Shown here piece by piece: positions 12,624-26,645 of a DNA stretch of 64,000 nt. Both the position numbers and the translations under genes were made by a program. Positions within the stretch are counted from its first letter, which is position 1. Every line of letters begins with the position of its first letter. The stretch comes from Octopus vulgaris (taxonomy: Eukaryota). The notes under the pieces are model-generated. The model worked only from the letters and a program-made list of their open reading frames with translations, was not told the DNA's origin and did no database searches. The stretch is taken from assembly GCA_951406725.2 (NCBI GenBank), contig OX597817.1, forward strand, positions 137,454,001-137,518,000, read 5' to 3'.

Positions 12624-12916
12624 AACAATTGCAGCGTGGAAGGTGTTTATAAGCCATTTAAAAACACACAAAAACTGTTAGATTCACTTCAACATTTAAA
12701 TTTCAATTTGTGTCAACATATTTTCGTCGCTTTGAGACCACGACCAGTTCCCTGACAAAATGCTCAGATGCAGCACGGAATTTTGTCAGTGAAGAGGTCG
12801 CGGTTTCAAAGCGACGAAAATATTTTGACACAAATGAAATTTAAATGTTGAAGCGAATCCAACGATTTTTGTGTGTTTTTAGATGGTTTATAAACACCGT
12901 CAACGCTGCAATTGTT
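12624..12916. mobile_element. about 290-bp fold-back element with hammerhead-like motifs in both arms, between (TA)n arrays
   Basis: arms are reverse complements (AACAATTGCAGCG.../...CGCTGCAATTGTT); motifs at 12711-12760 (-) and 12781-12830 (+). Confidence 0.85.
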
Positions 12917-12972
12917 TTCGTTCCAAGCACACGATCTCAGATCAGGTCACTTGCTATGCAAGCACATCTCTG

Positions 12973-13049
<77 letters not shown>

Positions 13050-13154
13050 ATTTTAATGTTTCGCTTAGGCATAGTGATACTAAGAACCTTGTGTAAGAAC
13101 TCGATATACATATGTTTCCGGACAAAGCGTCAGTCGAATAGAGAGCAATAAGAA

Positions 13155-13345
13155 GGAATTAGAAGGATAAACAGTTACGTTATGAACTTCATTAGCTTAC
13201 AGCTTTTTCTGCTATAATATGATCGTAGTTGAATGCTTGAGTATCATCCTACCATAGGGTGATACTCGCGCATTCAACTATACCAGAAACAGCTGTTTAG
13301 CTAATGAGGTTCATGACACGATTTTTTTATTGTCATTCTAATTCC
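13155..13345. mobile_element. about 190-bp fold-back element with Penelope-type GAAACAGCTGT half-hammerhead
   Basis: GGAATTAGAA/TTCTAATTCC ends; inner stem TAGTTGAATGC..GAGTATCATCCT-accat-AGGGTGATACTC..GCATTCAACTA. Confidence 0.75.
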
Positions 13346-13377
13346 CTAAGGAAAGAGAAAAGACACATACACACACA

Positions 13378-13450
<73 letters not shown>

Positions 13451-13917
13451 ACACACTCACGAAATGATATCTATCAAATCTGACAATGATCAGCCAGGTT
13501 GGTAGACTCCTGCCTGCTATTTTTGCATTTCATATAAAATGAGAAGGATGCGTGCATCGAATATTCATCCATTCTTTCTTCCGGTGGCAAAATAAATTAA
13601 GAAAACTGAAGTTGTCTGAGCATGCATGAGGTTGCTAAATTAGCTGAAAGCATCTCCGAAACATATCAGATGTTTGCTCTGCACCAAGATTTCCAGTCAT
13701 CCATCACAATAGGATTGCATGATTGCACCTGTTGCCTCCAATACTCTGCTATCAACAATTTCACAGCTGTTGAGATGAAGGTTACGTATTTCCTCCACGC
13801 CACACTTAAATAAGATGCAAACATGACACTAACCACACACACACACACACACGCACACACATACACATATGGAAGTGCATGCAAGATCTACAGTGTATAG
13901 GCTGGCTGTTGATCCCC

Positions 13918-14096
13918 CCAAAGAAGCTTGAGAGGCGGTTGGATGGAACCTACACTCGCCTCCTTATGAGAGCTCAAAATCTCTCGTGGAAGCGCCATCC
14001 AACCAAAATGCAAATATATGGGAAATTACCACCTGTGTCATCTCTTGTGAAAGGTAGGAGAGTCCACGGTCGAACAATGATGATGATGATGATGAT
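13918..14096 (+). pseudogene. RTE-clade LINE 3' fragment with (TGA)n tail
   Basis: KKLERRLDGTYTRLLMRAQNLSWKRHPTKMQIYGKLPPVS resembles the RTE post-RT region; ends in (TGA)n. Confidence 0.75.
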
Positions 14097-14489
14097 CCCC
14101 CTAAATTTATTCGCAAATTGAGAGGCCTTGCTTTTCTTGCCTTGGTAGAGATGCTGCTAGTTTAGTCGCCGGCGACCCCGAACAGCCAAAAGGTTCAACT
14201 GAGTTACATATCAACTGCAGCACCGATAAACGACATCAATCCGTGCATATGCATGCGCACTTGCATATATATATATATATACAAATGCAGGTTTTTTGTG
14301 TGCTTGCCTTGCCTTAACGTTTGTTATCCTCTTTAACAATTTATATATCCGCTACATCGGAAATCTGCAATGGCTACATAACTGCCGTCTCGGCTATAAC
14401 CTTGGCGCCCTAGTAACCCATTACACCACTTACCTAGCGTACCTAATCATTTAGATACCTGTGAACTAAACCCCCATACTTTGTGTGTA

Positions 14490-14571
<82 letters not shown>

Positions 14572-15054
14572 TATATTTATATATATATATATACAGACGT
14601 GCGTGTGTATGTGTGTGTTTCTCTTTTTTCTCTCTATCTCACACACATACATACACATACACACATATATATCTTCAACAACAGCTGAAAGATATCTAAA
14701 TATATAACTATATACCTATATGCCTCTGTCTCTCCCACTCTCTTTCTCTCTTTTTATATACATGCGTGTATGTGTACGTGTGTGTATATATACATATATA
14801 TATATATATAAATACATACATACATACATACATACATACAAGAGAAAGAGGCGAAAACAGAGAGAGAGAATGAGAGAGAAACCGCGCACATGTGCGTGTG
14901 CGCGGTTGCTCGTGGCCGTGAAATGCGATACTGAGTGCGGAGAAAATGTCAAACTCAAGAAACAGTTGCATGGTGGCGAGAAGCTACTGTTTGTTATTCT
15001 GTTATAAGAAAAATTCAATAATAATAATAATAAAAAAAAATTTTAAAAATAAAA

Positions 15055-15215
<161 letters not shown>

Positions 15216-15977
15216 GAAAAACATCAAAAGCTTCCATTGACAACTGTTCTGTTATTTTCTGATTAAACAATTTTCAGCAAGTCAACAAACCGTGTTAGCT
15301 TGGCGGACCTTTTATGAAGACAAACGTTCCATGCAAGTAGCGGCCTGACCGTAATTGTTACACGGCGTTGACCTAAAACTGCTGACTAAAACCTCGTAAA
15401 ATAAAATAAGACAAATGCCACGTTTCTGGAGGTTTTAACAGAAGTTTACGAGGAAAAGAACGAAGGCAAGTTGACATGAAAGAAGCGAATTAGGGTTAAA
15501 TGCCGGAGGCAATAAATAAATGAATGAATCTATGATCTTTGTTAAAGACGAGAGAAATAAATATGTAAACAGATTTCAGTTGTACCAGGAGCCGCTTTTT
15601 ATATACCTGACAGATTCTAGAGCAGAATCCAAAACAGTACAAGTAATGGTCAGTATTAGTAACAACATCTTAGTAAATGACCAGGGGTCAGCTCTAATTG
15701 TAGGTTCACTTTTTCTAATAAATGGCTATCATGAAAATAACGGGATTCTCGTCTCTCCACCACTCAAGAACGTATCTGGGTTAATAAACTAACTAATTAA
15801 TTAATTAAGACAATATATCTAGTACTATGCTGAATGGCTTATTTGAATTCGTTCCATTTCCCATGGTGAAGCGGGCGATGAGAGATCACCATTCAGAAAG
15901 GTCGAAAGCCTGTGACCAGGATAGCGCTCCATCCCTCAAAACAAAGACAGATTACAAATATTAACTAATCTCTAACA

Positions 15978-16233
15978 TTCTTTTACTGGTTTCAGACATT
16001 TGACTGCGGCCATGCTGGAGCACCGCCCTTAGTCGAGCTAATCGACCCCAGGACTTATTCTTTGTAAGCCTAGTACTTATTCTATCGGTCTCTTTTGCCG
16101 TACCGCTAAGTTAGGGGGGACGTAAACACACTAACACCGGTTGTCAAGCAATGTTTGGAGACAAACATAGACACACACACAATACATATATACATACATC
16201 CACACACACAAACATGCACACACACACGCACAA

Positions 16234-16266
<33 letters not shown>

Positions 16267-16443
16267 TACATACACACACACACACACACATATAAGACGG
16301 GCTTCTATTAGTTTCCGTCTACCAAGTCCATTCACAAGGCTTTGGTCGGTCCGAGGCTATAGTAGAAGGCACGTGTCCAAGGTATCACGAAGTGGGATTG
16401 AACCCGGAACCATGTGGTTGCGAAGCAACTTCTTACCACACAA
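15978..16443 (-). mobile_element. SINE family A, near full length
   Basis: both modules present, with an internal (CA)n. Confidence 0.9.
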
Positions 16444-16865
16444 GGTGATGGTAAACTGGTAGTGGGAGCGTTTCAACTTTGTGTAAGTATATGTGTGCGT
16501 ATGTGAAAGGGAGGTATGTGAATGTGTGTGTGTGTGTGTGTGTGTGTTTGTTTGTGTGTGTGTGCAATGGAAGTGGGATGGTGAACATTCAACGCTGAAA
16601 CGAAAAATCAAACAGCGTTTTAACTCTGTGTGAGTATATGTGTGTATGTGTGTGCATGTACAAGGGAAGTATGTGGATGTTTGTATGTGTAACAATAGAT
16701 GATCGATGTCACATCCCAAAAGACAACCACTAGATAGCATTGACAAGTGTATTAATATGGTTTACCATCCATATTTATATATAAAATACTACATTTAGCC
16801 ATCATTTTTGACGGCACGGAGCCAGCTAGGATATAACATTTCTACACGGCGTTGGTGTGTTATAA

Positions 16866-17295
16866 GGCGGTGAGCTGGCAGAGACGTTAGCACGCCGAGC
16901 AAAATGCTTAGCGGTGTTTCGTCTGCCGCTACGTTCTGAGTTCAAATTCCACCGAGGTCGACTTTGCCTTTCATCCTTTCGGGGTCGAATAGATAAGTAC
17001 CAGTTACCCACTGGGGTCGATATAATCGACTTAATCCGTTTGTCTGTCCTTGTTTGTCCCCTCTGTGTGTAGCCTCTTGTGGGAAGTAAAGAAATAAGAA
17101 ACGTTAGCATTCCAAGCAAAATGCCTAGCGGTATTTCATCTGCCTTTATGTTCTGAGTTCAAAATCCGCCGAGGTCGACTTTGCCTTTCATTCTTTCGAG
17201 ACCGATAAATTAAGTACCAGTTGTGTACTGGGGTCGATCTAATCGACTGGCCCCTACCCTAAAATTTCGGGCTTGTGCTTAGAGTAGAAAAGAAT
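16866..17295 (+). mobile_element. two head-to-tail SINE family B copies with different 3' ends
   Basis: 16866-17098 ends ...TTGTGGGAAGTAAAGAAATAAG; 17099-17295 ends ...AGAGTAGAAAAGAAT. Confidence 0.88.
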
Positions 17296-17877
17296 ATAGA
17301 GATGAGCCTGTGATACAGAGATGAGTCAACATAAATTGTTTCATACAAATTGCATTTTCAGCTAAAATTTTAAAAGAAAATAAATTAGTTTCAAATAGTT
17401 GTAATATCGAGGGAGGAGTTAAGTCTATTCCATCGACCCCAGTGCTCCACTGGTACTTATTTTATCGATGCAAAAAGATGAAAGGCAAAGTCAATCCTGG
17501 GCCATGAAGACGGTTGTAACGTCGCTAAGCATTTGGCCTCACTCGCGAACAAATCTGCCAGCTCATTGCATTGACTGCATAAATATTATTCCCATCAGTT
17601 TTCGGATGGTTGTAATTTTATTTATTTAACCTTCCTGTGTCAATTTGGTATATATTTTTTTCTATGAAAACATTTCCAAATTAAACATTCAACTCCAATT
17701 ACAGCTATTTTTCTATCAAACATCAGCCAATAATTTCTGCGATGTTTCAGTAATGAGTCATAATATTCCTGGGTTGTTTTATAACCCAGATCTGGTAGAT
17801 CTCTCTCTGTCAAATACTTGTGGTTATTTCGGCAAAATATTGATTGCTTATATTGGCAAAAGCTCAAGAATTTATCG

Positions 17878-18071
17878 TTTACTTGTTTCAGTTATTACAC
17901 TGCTGCCATGCTGGAGCACCGCCGTAAAGAATGAATCGACTCCAATACAAATTTTCTTTTTAAGCATGGTATTTATTCTATCGGTCTCTTTTGCCGAGGC
18001 GTTAAGTTACGGAAACTTAAACACACCAATACCGGTTGTCAAGCGGTGGAGGGGGACAAACACAGACACTA

Positions 18072-18105
<34 letters not shown>

Positions 18106-18146
18106 ACTCAAATACACACTCAAATACACACACACACACACACACA

Positions 18147-18189
<43 letters not shown>

Positions 18190-18300
18190 CGGGCTTCTTT
18201 CAGTTTCCGTCTACTAAATCCACTCACAAGGCTTTGGTCGGTCCGGGACTGAACCCGAAACCATGGGGTTGGAAAGCAAACCTCTTACCATACAGCCTTA
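17878..18300 (-). mobile_element. SINE family A (internally deleted head)
   Basis: similarity to 15978-16443. Confidence 0.85.
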
Positions 18301-19096
18301 CTTGCACCAATATATAATGAAAGTAGTGAAGGATGTGGATTTAATCCCAGTATATGACTGGTATTCATTTGATCAAGTCAGAGAAGAGCGAATGTTAAAA
18401 GTAGAAGTGTTCAGAAAGTTGAAGAATGAAACCGATTCGGTCAGTACTGGAATCTTGTCTCTGCTGCAAAGACATTAACCCCGAGGAGACACATGCAGTG
18501 TGGTTGATTTAATATACTCACAATAATTAAGTAGTCTTTGTTTCATTAACGTTTTAATCAATTAAGTCTTACAGGCGGGAGTTGGACTTATAACATAAGT
18601 GGTTGATTGGTTTAAGTAAAACACGAAACAACTATTTCGGATCCAACCTTTCAAATATTGAAACCTCACCTAAAATGGTAGACTCGGAGCTATTTTCTGT
18701 TCTTCATACATACATACATACATACATACATACATACATACATACATACATACATACATACATACATACATACATACATACATACGTAAGTCATCTCTTT
18801 GGCATAGCAATAATAATAATAATATGGTGTTAGAACTCAATATAAATACACTTCAGAATAAAGAGTGTGTGTGTGTGTGTGTATATATACACATTAGTAC
18901 AACTATAAACATACAAATACACATACATACACATGCAGATATATATACATACATATTTATATATACATACATATATATAAATATGTATGGATAGATTTTT
19001 AAGATCTCTTTAACATAGCGATTCTAAAAGCATAGTGTTGGAACCCAATATAGATACACTTTAGAATAAAGAGTATGTGTATATGCAAGCGCGCGC

Positions 19097-19132
<36 letters not shown>

Positions 19133-21257
19133 GAACACACGCACACACAATACATACGTATATGACCTCCTTATAAGCTGTCTAAATAGAGAATGTATAT
19201 TAATACTCGATAAAAGGTTTATTTCCCTTGAGATGAATTTAAAATTGGTGGTTTCGAATGTTACTAATGATACTCTAATTCATCCTCTGTATGAAATATA
19301 TTTAATGTATACCCCCCTTGGGCCACAAATATTTTTAGCGCTATATGTGTGTGTATATGTGTGTGTAGCATATCCTACACATTAGTTATATTAAATGTAT
19401 CCCACCCTGGGACCCTAAGCATTTACAGTTGCTATATATAGGTATTTAACATATCTTACACATGAATTATATTTAATAACTTACACTTGGGTCACAAATA
19501 TATTTATTTGCCATGTGAAGCAGAGAAACTGTGTATTAAGAAAATATATTAAGATTTCAGTTCTTCAGTGTTGCCTTAGTTTCTGCGACGAGGGGTACAT
19601 AGCATCGCTCGATCACCTGTAACATTCATAGTAGGTTTTTACTTAAGTGATGAGATGTACGTAACTTTGATATATAACGAGAGATTGGCGTTAACATTCA
19701 TAGATAATGTTCATTGAGCATATTTCTTTGGTTCTTTTGCAGGCCATAGAGAATTTCTTTATTTCCTGTAGCAGAAACAAGAAAAGATCTTCGAGAAAGT
19801 GCACCCATGCAGGAAAAGCTATGAACTCAACAGGGCGATCGTCTAAAACTTCAACTACATGGTAATCACATTACTTAAAGTAGTGACTCCTTCCTTCCAA
19901 TGCTTCTAGATTCATTAATTACCGAGGGCTGAAGGTATTTATTATGCCCTCAGTAAGGAACCGGGTAGAGACTGTTCAGTCAGGGGTTCTCTGCCGGAAC
20001 GGCTCGACACGCTCTGTTTTATCTTGCTCTCTTATTTACTTTCCCGTAAATCCCTTTCTGTAAACACTGGAATAGAATTCAGCGTTAGTCTTTTCACTTC
20101 TCTTGCATCGTTGATTCCTCAAACAATCATCAACAAGGGAACTTATAGATGGCCGCATGATCTGCCGAAAATTGCTATAAAATCTCTCTCATAACATTCT
20201 ACTGACTTAAAACATGAAGGACAGTGGTTACGAGGAATACCATTGATCAGTAGTCATCGATAAGTTTCGATCTGGGACTAAATGAAACAGTACGTGAAGG
20301 TGGCAGCTCTTCTTTCTCAGTTTATCCTTCGTAGTAGTCTTGGCTGTATGTCTATTGCTGGGTTTACAATAGATTAAAATATCAGTCAAATGTTAAAGGT
20401 ACAGCTGCAGATAACTTGTCAGAAACAAAGTACAAATTCTATTATAGGGTCACTATGATGTATGCCACAGTGTAATGAATATTTTTGCAATATATACTGT
20501 AAGCGAGGAGAAGGTATTATATTTGAAGTCGGTTTCGAAGTCTACAGTTTTTTTATATTATAAATATACGACAGCACTATCCAAGGATGCTTGGTTCTTA
20601 AATAACCAAGCTTATATATGCTGAAAATTATTTAGTCACTGCTAGTGTTTGTACTATCATATCGGCATGGGAAATTTCGTTTAAAACAGTGTTTATTGTT
20701 TAAAAAGTGTTTATTTTGTCCCTAACGAGACCCGACACTTTCAGGCTTCTGAAAAGCCTGAGGGAGGGAGGGAGGGAGGGAGGTAGGTAGGTAGGTAGGT
20801 AGGTAGGTAAGTAGGTAGGTAGGTAGGTAGGTAGGTAGATAGATATTTAGATAGATAGAGAGAGAGAGAGAAAGAGATAGAGAGAGATACTGATACAGAT
20901 AATTTAAATTCTCCTCCTTTCTCAACGCCTCCTAAAGTCTATTAATTTAATAACAACCACTTTATGTCAACGAATGAGATTTAATTAATTATTATTTCCA
21001 CACCCAATCAAAACTTGATATTCAAATGCTTTCTTCACATTCTATTATATACCACCCTATATGTTTTTAAATCGTCCGAAGATTGAAAACGAGAAACACC
21101 GAATAATGGCTTCAAATCTCCATAAACATAAATAATACTCTACTTCTAGTATTGAGTACTCGCTTCCCTCCAACTTGTTTACATTTAAGTGTTTATACAT
21201 ATATACACACCCACACATACACACATAATATACGTACATATTATCTATCTATCTATA

Positions 21258-21395
<138 letters not shown>

Positions 21396-21638
21396 TTATA
21401 TATGCATATACACAGTATATGTATTATATGTGTGTACGTGCATGTGTGTGTGTGTGTTTGTATGTAATTAAGTACGTAAATAAGAAGCAATTTAGGCGTT
21501 GTGACAACTCTGTAGCTCAAGGTCGTCCTCTTGAAACAACTGCTTCATGCTTCGATGCAAATTGCGTTCAGAATGGCGTAACAATGTATGTTGTTTAACA
21601 GGAGTTATTTAGACCACACATGCGTCTATAAATACAAA

Positions 21639-21692
<54 letters not shown>

Positions 21693-22105
21693 CAGACAGA
21701 GAAAACATTTATACAGGCAGTCGTTGTGCACTTCTCTTCCTTAGACTGGCTGCGAACGAAATCATTGTCAACATTTATCCTGTAAAATGAAATTTTGTAC
21801 TTCTCTGATGTACATTGAGTGGTTGTCGAGTGTGTGTGGAACTGTTTTTAATGTATGAGTGTACATAAAAGACACACACACACACACACAGAGGCATGCA
21901 CACGCACATACAGATATATTTATATATTCATATATTATAGTATATGTGTGTGCACACACACGCATATATATATGTATATATATATATATGAATAAATGAA
22001 AGAATGGAGTCGAATGAAGATGTTAACAAAATTCCTTTACTCTCGACATATGTTCGGTTCAACGAATTTTCCATGCTGACGAAAAACATAGGATAATTAA
22101 TTCAC

Positions 22106-22161
<56 letters not shown>

Positions 22162-22251
22162 CCAAGCAACTACTACTGCTGTCCACAGGAACATATATAA
22201 AGGACAAAAGACAGCCAGTCAACTACAGTTGAAACATTCCTGTCACAACCT

Positions 22252-22295
22252 GGGAACTTGAAGACTGCTATAATGCAAGAAAGTATACTAGTCCC
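22252..22295 (+). ncRNA. minimal hammerhead-like motif in a probable Penelope pLTR remnant
   Basis: GGGAAC-TTGAAGA-C-TGC-tataat-GCA-A-GAAA-GTATAC-TA-GTCCC; palindromic AGTATACT stem III, CUA triplet, TATA-like element about 55 bp upstream. Confidence 0.55.
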
Positions 22296-22458
22296 TTCAT
22301 ATTTGATATTCAATATTTCATCTATTCAATAAGACAATCACCACTTCATTTCATTTTAATATATATACTATTTATATTTTATATTCTATATTCTACATTA
22401 ATATTATAAAGAATATAAATAAAACATAAAAAAAAGAGTTGGAATTTCTTTGAATAAA

Positions 22459-22494
<36 letters not shown>

Positions 22495-23196
22495 ATACAT
22501 GTATGTATGTATATATGTATTATGCATGTATGTATGTGTGTATATGTATTAGCCATGTGTGTTCAATACGTAAATTGAAGGTCATATGCTCCAGCATGAT
22601 CGACCAAATCAATATTTGAACGTATGGCTACGGATATTCCACCAATACACAGTTATGTACATAATTCTGTGCCTAAAGTGTGTTTGTGTATGTCTGCATG
22701 TGTATGAATAATTATGTATGCGTGCATATATATAGATTTGTTGATCTTTCTGCAAGTGTATAGAAAGTGTGGTGGTGATGGTGGTGGTGGTGGTGTAAGG
22801 AGTGAAATAACCTCATTGTTCAACTGTCATGTCTTCCGCTTGCTAGACTCTACTCTTAATGTTGTCGACCATTTGTAACATTGTAAGTTTTTATGTGAAG
22901 CGAGTGTTGTCAAACAAAACTGCTGGCTAGCAAACAGCCTCTTCACACAGCCATCATCTAAAATAACAACCATTCACAAGTGATACACCATTCAATCGAC
23001 TCCTCTATTTTTACTTCATTTCCGTCAGCTCAACATCAAACCTTTTATTTTACATTCTTACTTCGCTACATATTTATCCAACATTCAGTCCATCTTATCC
23101 ACCTACCTACCTACCTAACTACTTACCTATTCCAGTTTAGTTTTGTTTTTCTATAGAATATTGTCGAGTTATCTATCTTCTTTTCAATATATACAA

Positions 23197-23271
<75 letters not shown>

Positions 23272-23419
23272 CGTTTCTTTTTCTCCTATCTTTACCACAT
23301 TCATTGGTTATCTCTATATTTCCTCTGTTTACAAAATACTAACAGTGTGTGTGTGTGTGTTCGCGCGCACACACACACACATATATATATCGCCGCCATG
23401 CATCTGCGGTCATGCTGGA

Positions 23420-23700
23420 GTACCACCATATCTTTGTACTCTTTCCTCAGGCATCTTATGTGGTTCACTTCTTTTGGCTGATGGAATTTCATATGACCAT
23501 TCTTGCATATGCTTTTCCCTGTTCGTCGGCTCATTTGGTGTGTGAAGGAATTTCCCATGGCAGTACCCCTCGTCTGTACGTAATGCTGGATGTAGGTCCA
23601 TCTGGTATCATGGACCGGTGAATGCCTAATTACTTTTTGAAGACTTCCACATCCACATTGTGAAAATTTCTTCATTCTTTTAACAGATCACTGAAGAGCT
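23420..23700 (-). pseudogene. Penelope-like RT fragment
   Basis: YVQTRGTAMGNSF (Q..G.AMG motif) with an upstream frameshifted DVE.L-like motif. Confidence 0.65.
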
Positions 23701-23756
23701 GAGGACCCTTGGACTCCAAGCTAATGCAGCATCTGGTCCTCACCTTAGATGTTACC

Positions 23757-24056
23757 TTATTCGAGCATGGTCGTTACCAGTGCCGCCGGACTGGCTCCCG
23801 TGCAGGTAGCACATAAAAACACCTTTTGAGCGTGGTCGTTGCCAGAACCGTCTGACTGGCCCTCGTGCCGGTGGCACGTAAAAGTATCCACTACATTCTC
23901 GGAGTGTTTGGCGTTAGGAAGGGCATCCAGCTGTAGAAACTTTGCCAGATCAGATTGATCCTGGTGCAGCCTCTGGCTCACCAGTTCTCAGTCAAACCGT
24001 CCAAACCATGCCAGCATGGAAAGTGGACGTAAAACGATGATGATGATGATGATGAT
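23757..24056 (+). mobile_element. SINE 3' part with internal about 68-bp duplication and (TGA)n tail
   Basis: two copies of GAGC.TGGTCGTT.CCAG...; GGCGTTAGGAAGGGCATCCAGCTGTA motif; GGACGTAAAACGATGATG tail. Confidence 0.75.
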
Positions 24057-24115
<59 letters not shown>

Positions 24116-24599
24116 GTGTGTATGTATGTATGTATGTATGAATGTATGTAAGTCAAAACTAATTCTTTACTTTGGTGTTATTTCTGGTAGTAACAAGCAG
24201 GTGCTAGTATAACGAGTATACTATGCTAATGTTTCGCTTCTGCAGGTTACTATTGATTCCCAGGTACCGTTTGTGCTTTTTAACGCTGTTGACACTGCTG
24301 AATTGAATGTTTTTGCTCATGTGTCAAAACGAGAGTGATATCCATTTGGCAGCTGATGATGGGAATACATATTTGTTATGCTTGTTTGTAGATATTTATA
24401 TCTTAGTTTCGTTATTCTGAATTGTCCTTCATTCTAGTAAAATGGAAAATGTTTTTAGATTCATGGTTTGTGGAGATTATCTTCATTGATATAGGCTGTT
24501 TTTCTTCATAGATAATCTTATTAAGTTTAGATAACGCATAGATATTGGTGTCTTGTTTTGCGAAGTTCTAAATTCAGAATTCAGTTTTTTACTAACGTT

Positions 24600-25330
24600 C
24601 CAGTTATAGAAAGTATAGATATTATATTAGATAATGTATACAAACAACCCAAAATAAACCACAAATTATACCAGCAAAAATATTGTTTAAAAAAAGCTAC
24701 ACGTAACTTGAAAAACTGAAGGCTTCTTTCGCCGCCCACATAGGAAGCTATTTGAAGAAAAGACAGAATAGCTATGGGGTCATCTCTTGCACCCTCTTTC
24801 GCCATGTTCTATCTGTCTATAGTAGAAGACAAAATAATAACTAAATGTAAATATATATTGTACATTACATATGCAGATAATATTATATATGTAACAGACA
24901 CTTCAGAAGAGGTCGAAAGAAGAGTGAGCAAACGACCATCTCTAGACGTAAAATTCAGATTAAAAACAATCGATACATTAGTTTAGACACGAAAAAAAAA
25001 CACAAACAAATACATATATCTGCAGCGATATAGCGAATGTCCGTCTAACCGGAAAATGTCGGTGGTAATATCATTACTGAGGAAAGGATTTAGAAAAAAA
25101 CAAATACTAATTGACAACGCATATTTCAAGAGGACCAAGTTATTGAGGAATATAGAGTGAAATACCAATTCAACAACTACATTCGGAATTATCCTATTAA
25201 AAATATACACGGTACTCAAAAAAATGTAGCAAATGAATTAAATGCACGCCAGGTATAGAATAGACGAACTAAGAATTTTAAAAATCCTATAAAGCGAAAC
25301 AGAAAATGCGTCACAGCAAACACCATAAGC
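24600..25330 (+). pseudogene. Penelope-like RT fragment
   Basis: IAMGSSLAPSFAMFYLSIVEDKI...YITYADNII (AMGS..P and degenerate YxDD). Confidence 0.7.
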
Positions 25331-25718
25331 TGATAATAGTTAATGTATTATGAAAATCATTTGGATCAAACACTTCGATATAAATGACCCACCATAAGTC
25401 CGTAAAGGCGGGAAGAAAAAACCGATTAAGTAGCCAGCAGGATGTTAAGAGAAATCTCTTCTTCTTTTGAATGTGGTCGTCACTATTGAGTTTAACAGCA
25501 GAATCTTCTTCCCAGAAAGTTCCACCCCGATATAGGTTACATGTTTGAAGTATTTATTGAGCGTCAACAGCTTACCAGGAGTAAAAGGAAATGTCTAATA
25601 TGACTCTATTGTGTGTTTGGAGTTTAGGTGGGAAGTCATGACAAACTCAGTTTTAGCATTCGGACACTTCGAAGGTTTCAAATGCAACAGTTATCTGCCA
25701 TTCTCTCACTGCCTGTAA

Positions 25719-25756
<38 letters not shown>

Positions 25757-26232
25757 CATTGCCCTTTTGTCTGTCTGTCTAAAATCTTTGTCTAACCCCG
25801 ATCCCCATAACCGAAACAAACCAATTACTGTTGACTTCTCTCGCCAATAATTCAACTCTGTCCATCGATTAACAATGCCTGAACCTCCAATTCAACCTGT
25901 CTTACGTTATTACACTTTTGAGCAAAAACAAACTTGGCTATTTTTGTTCTCTTTTTTTTTTCTCTCCTGCGACAGTCAAAATAAACGTCTTCCCCACCAC
26001 CCTGCCCGCCCGCCGCCTCGTCTATCTGTGTGTATCACCCGGTATAATTATAAAGGAAGTTGTAACAACAGCCAGACAGCCATGACACATCATACCAAGA
26101 CGACAGAACAGCGAACGGTGACAAGGTTTGAAGACTTGAACTCATCTTGTCAGTTAAGAAAAAGAAATTAACTTCCACAGAACATGTTTCACGTAATAAT
26201 AGCTTGGGAAGTTCAACAGAAACGCACACACG

Positions 26233-26297
<65 letters not shown>

Positions 26298-26359
26298 CCT
26301 TCGTGTAGTGTGTCAGTGTGTGCATTATCCAGTGGTGTATGTAGCGTGTATATTCTTTT

Positions 26360-26597
26360 ATTCTTATACTTGTTTCAGTCATTTTGACTGCGGCCACGCT
26401 GGGGCATCGCCTTTAGTCGAGCAAATCGACCCCCAGGACTTATTCTTTGTAAGCCTAGTACTTATTCAATTGGTTCTCTTTTGCCGAACCACTAAGTTAC
26501 GAGAACTTAAACGCACCAACACTGGTTGCCAAGTGGTGATGAGGGACAAATATCGACACAAAGACACACGCGCATACACACATACACACACACACAC

Positions 26598-26631
<34 letters not shown>

Positions 26632-26645
26632 GACGGGCTTTTTCA
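26360..26645 (-). mobile_element. SINE family A 3' module
   Basis: similarity to other copies. Confidence 0.85.

Noticed and set aside
19743-19861. Plus-strand exon after TTCTTTTGCAG
   Set aside because: Weak donor, no recognisable peptide and no supporting neighbouring exons.
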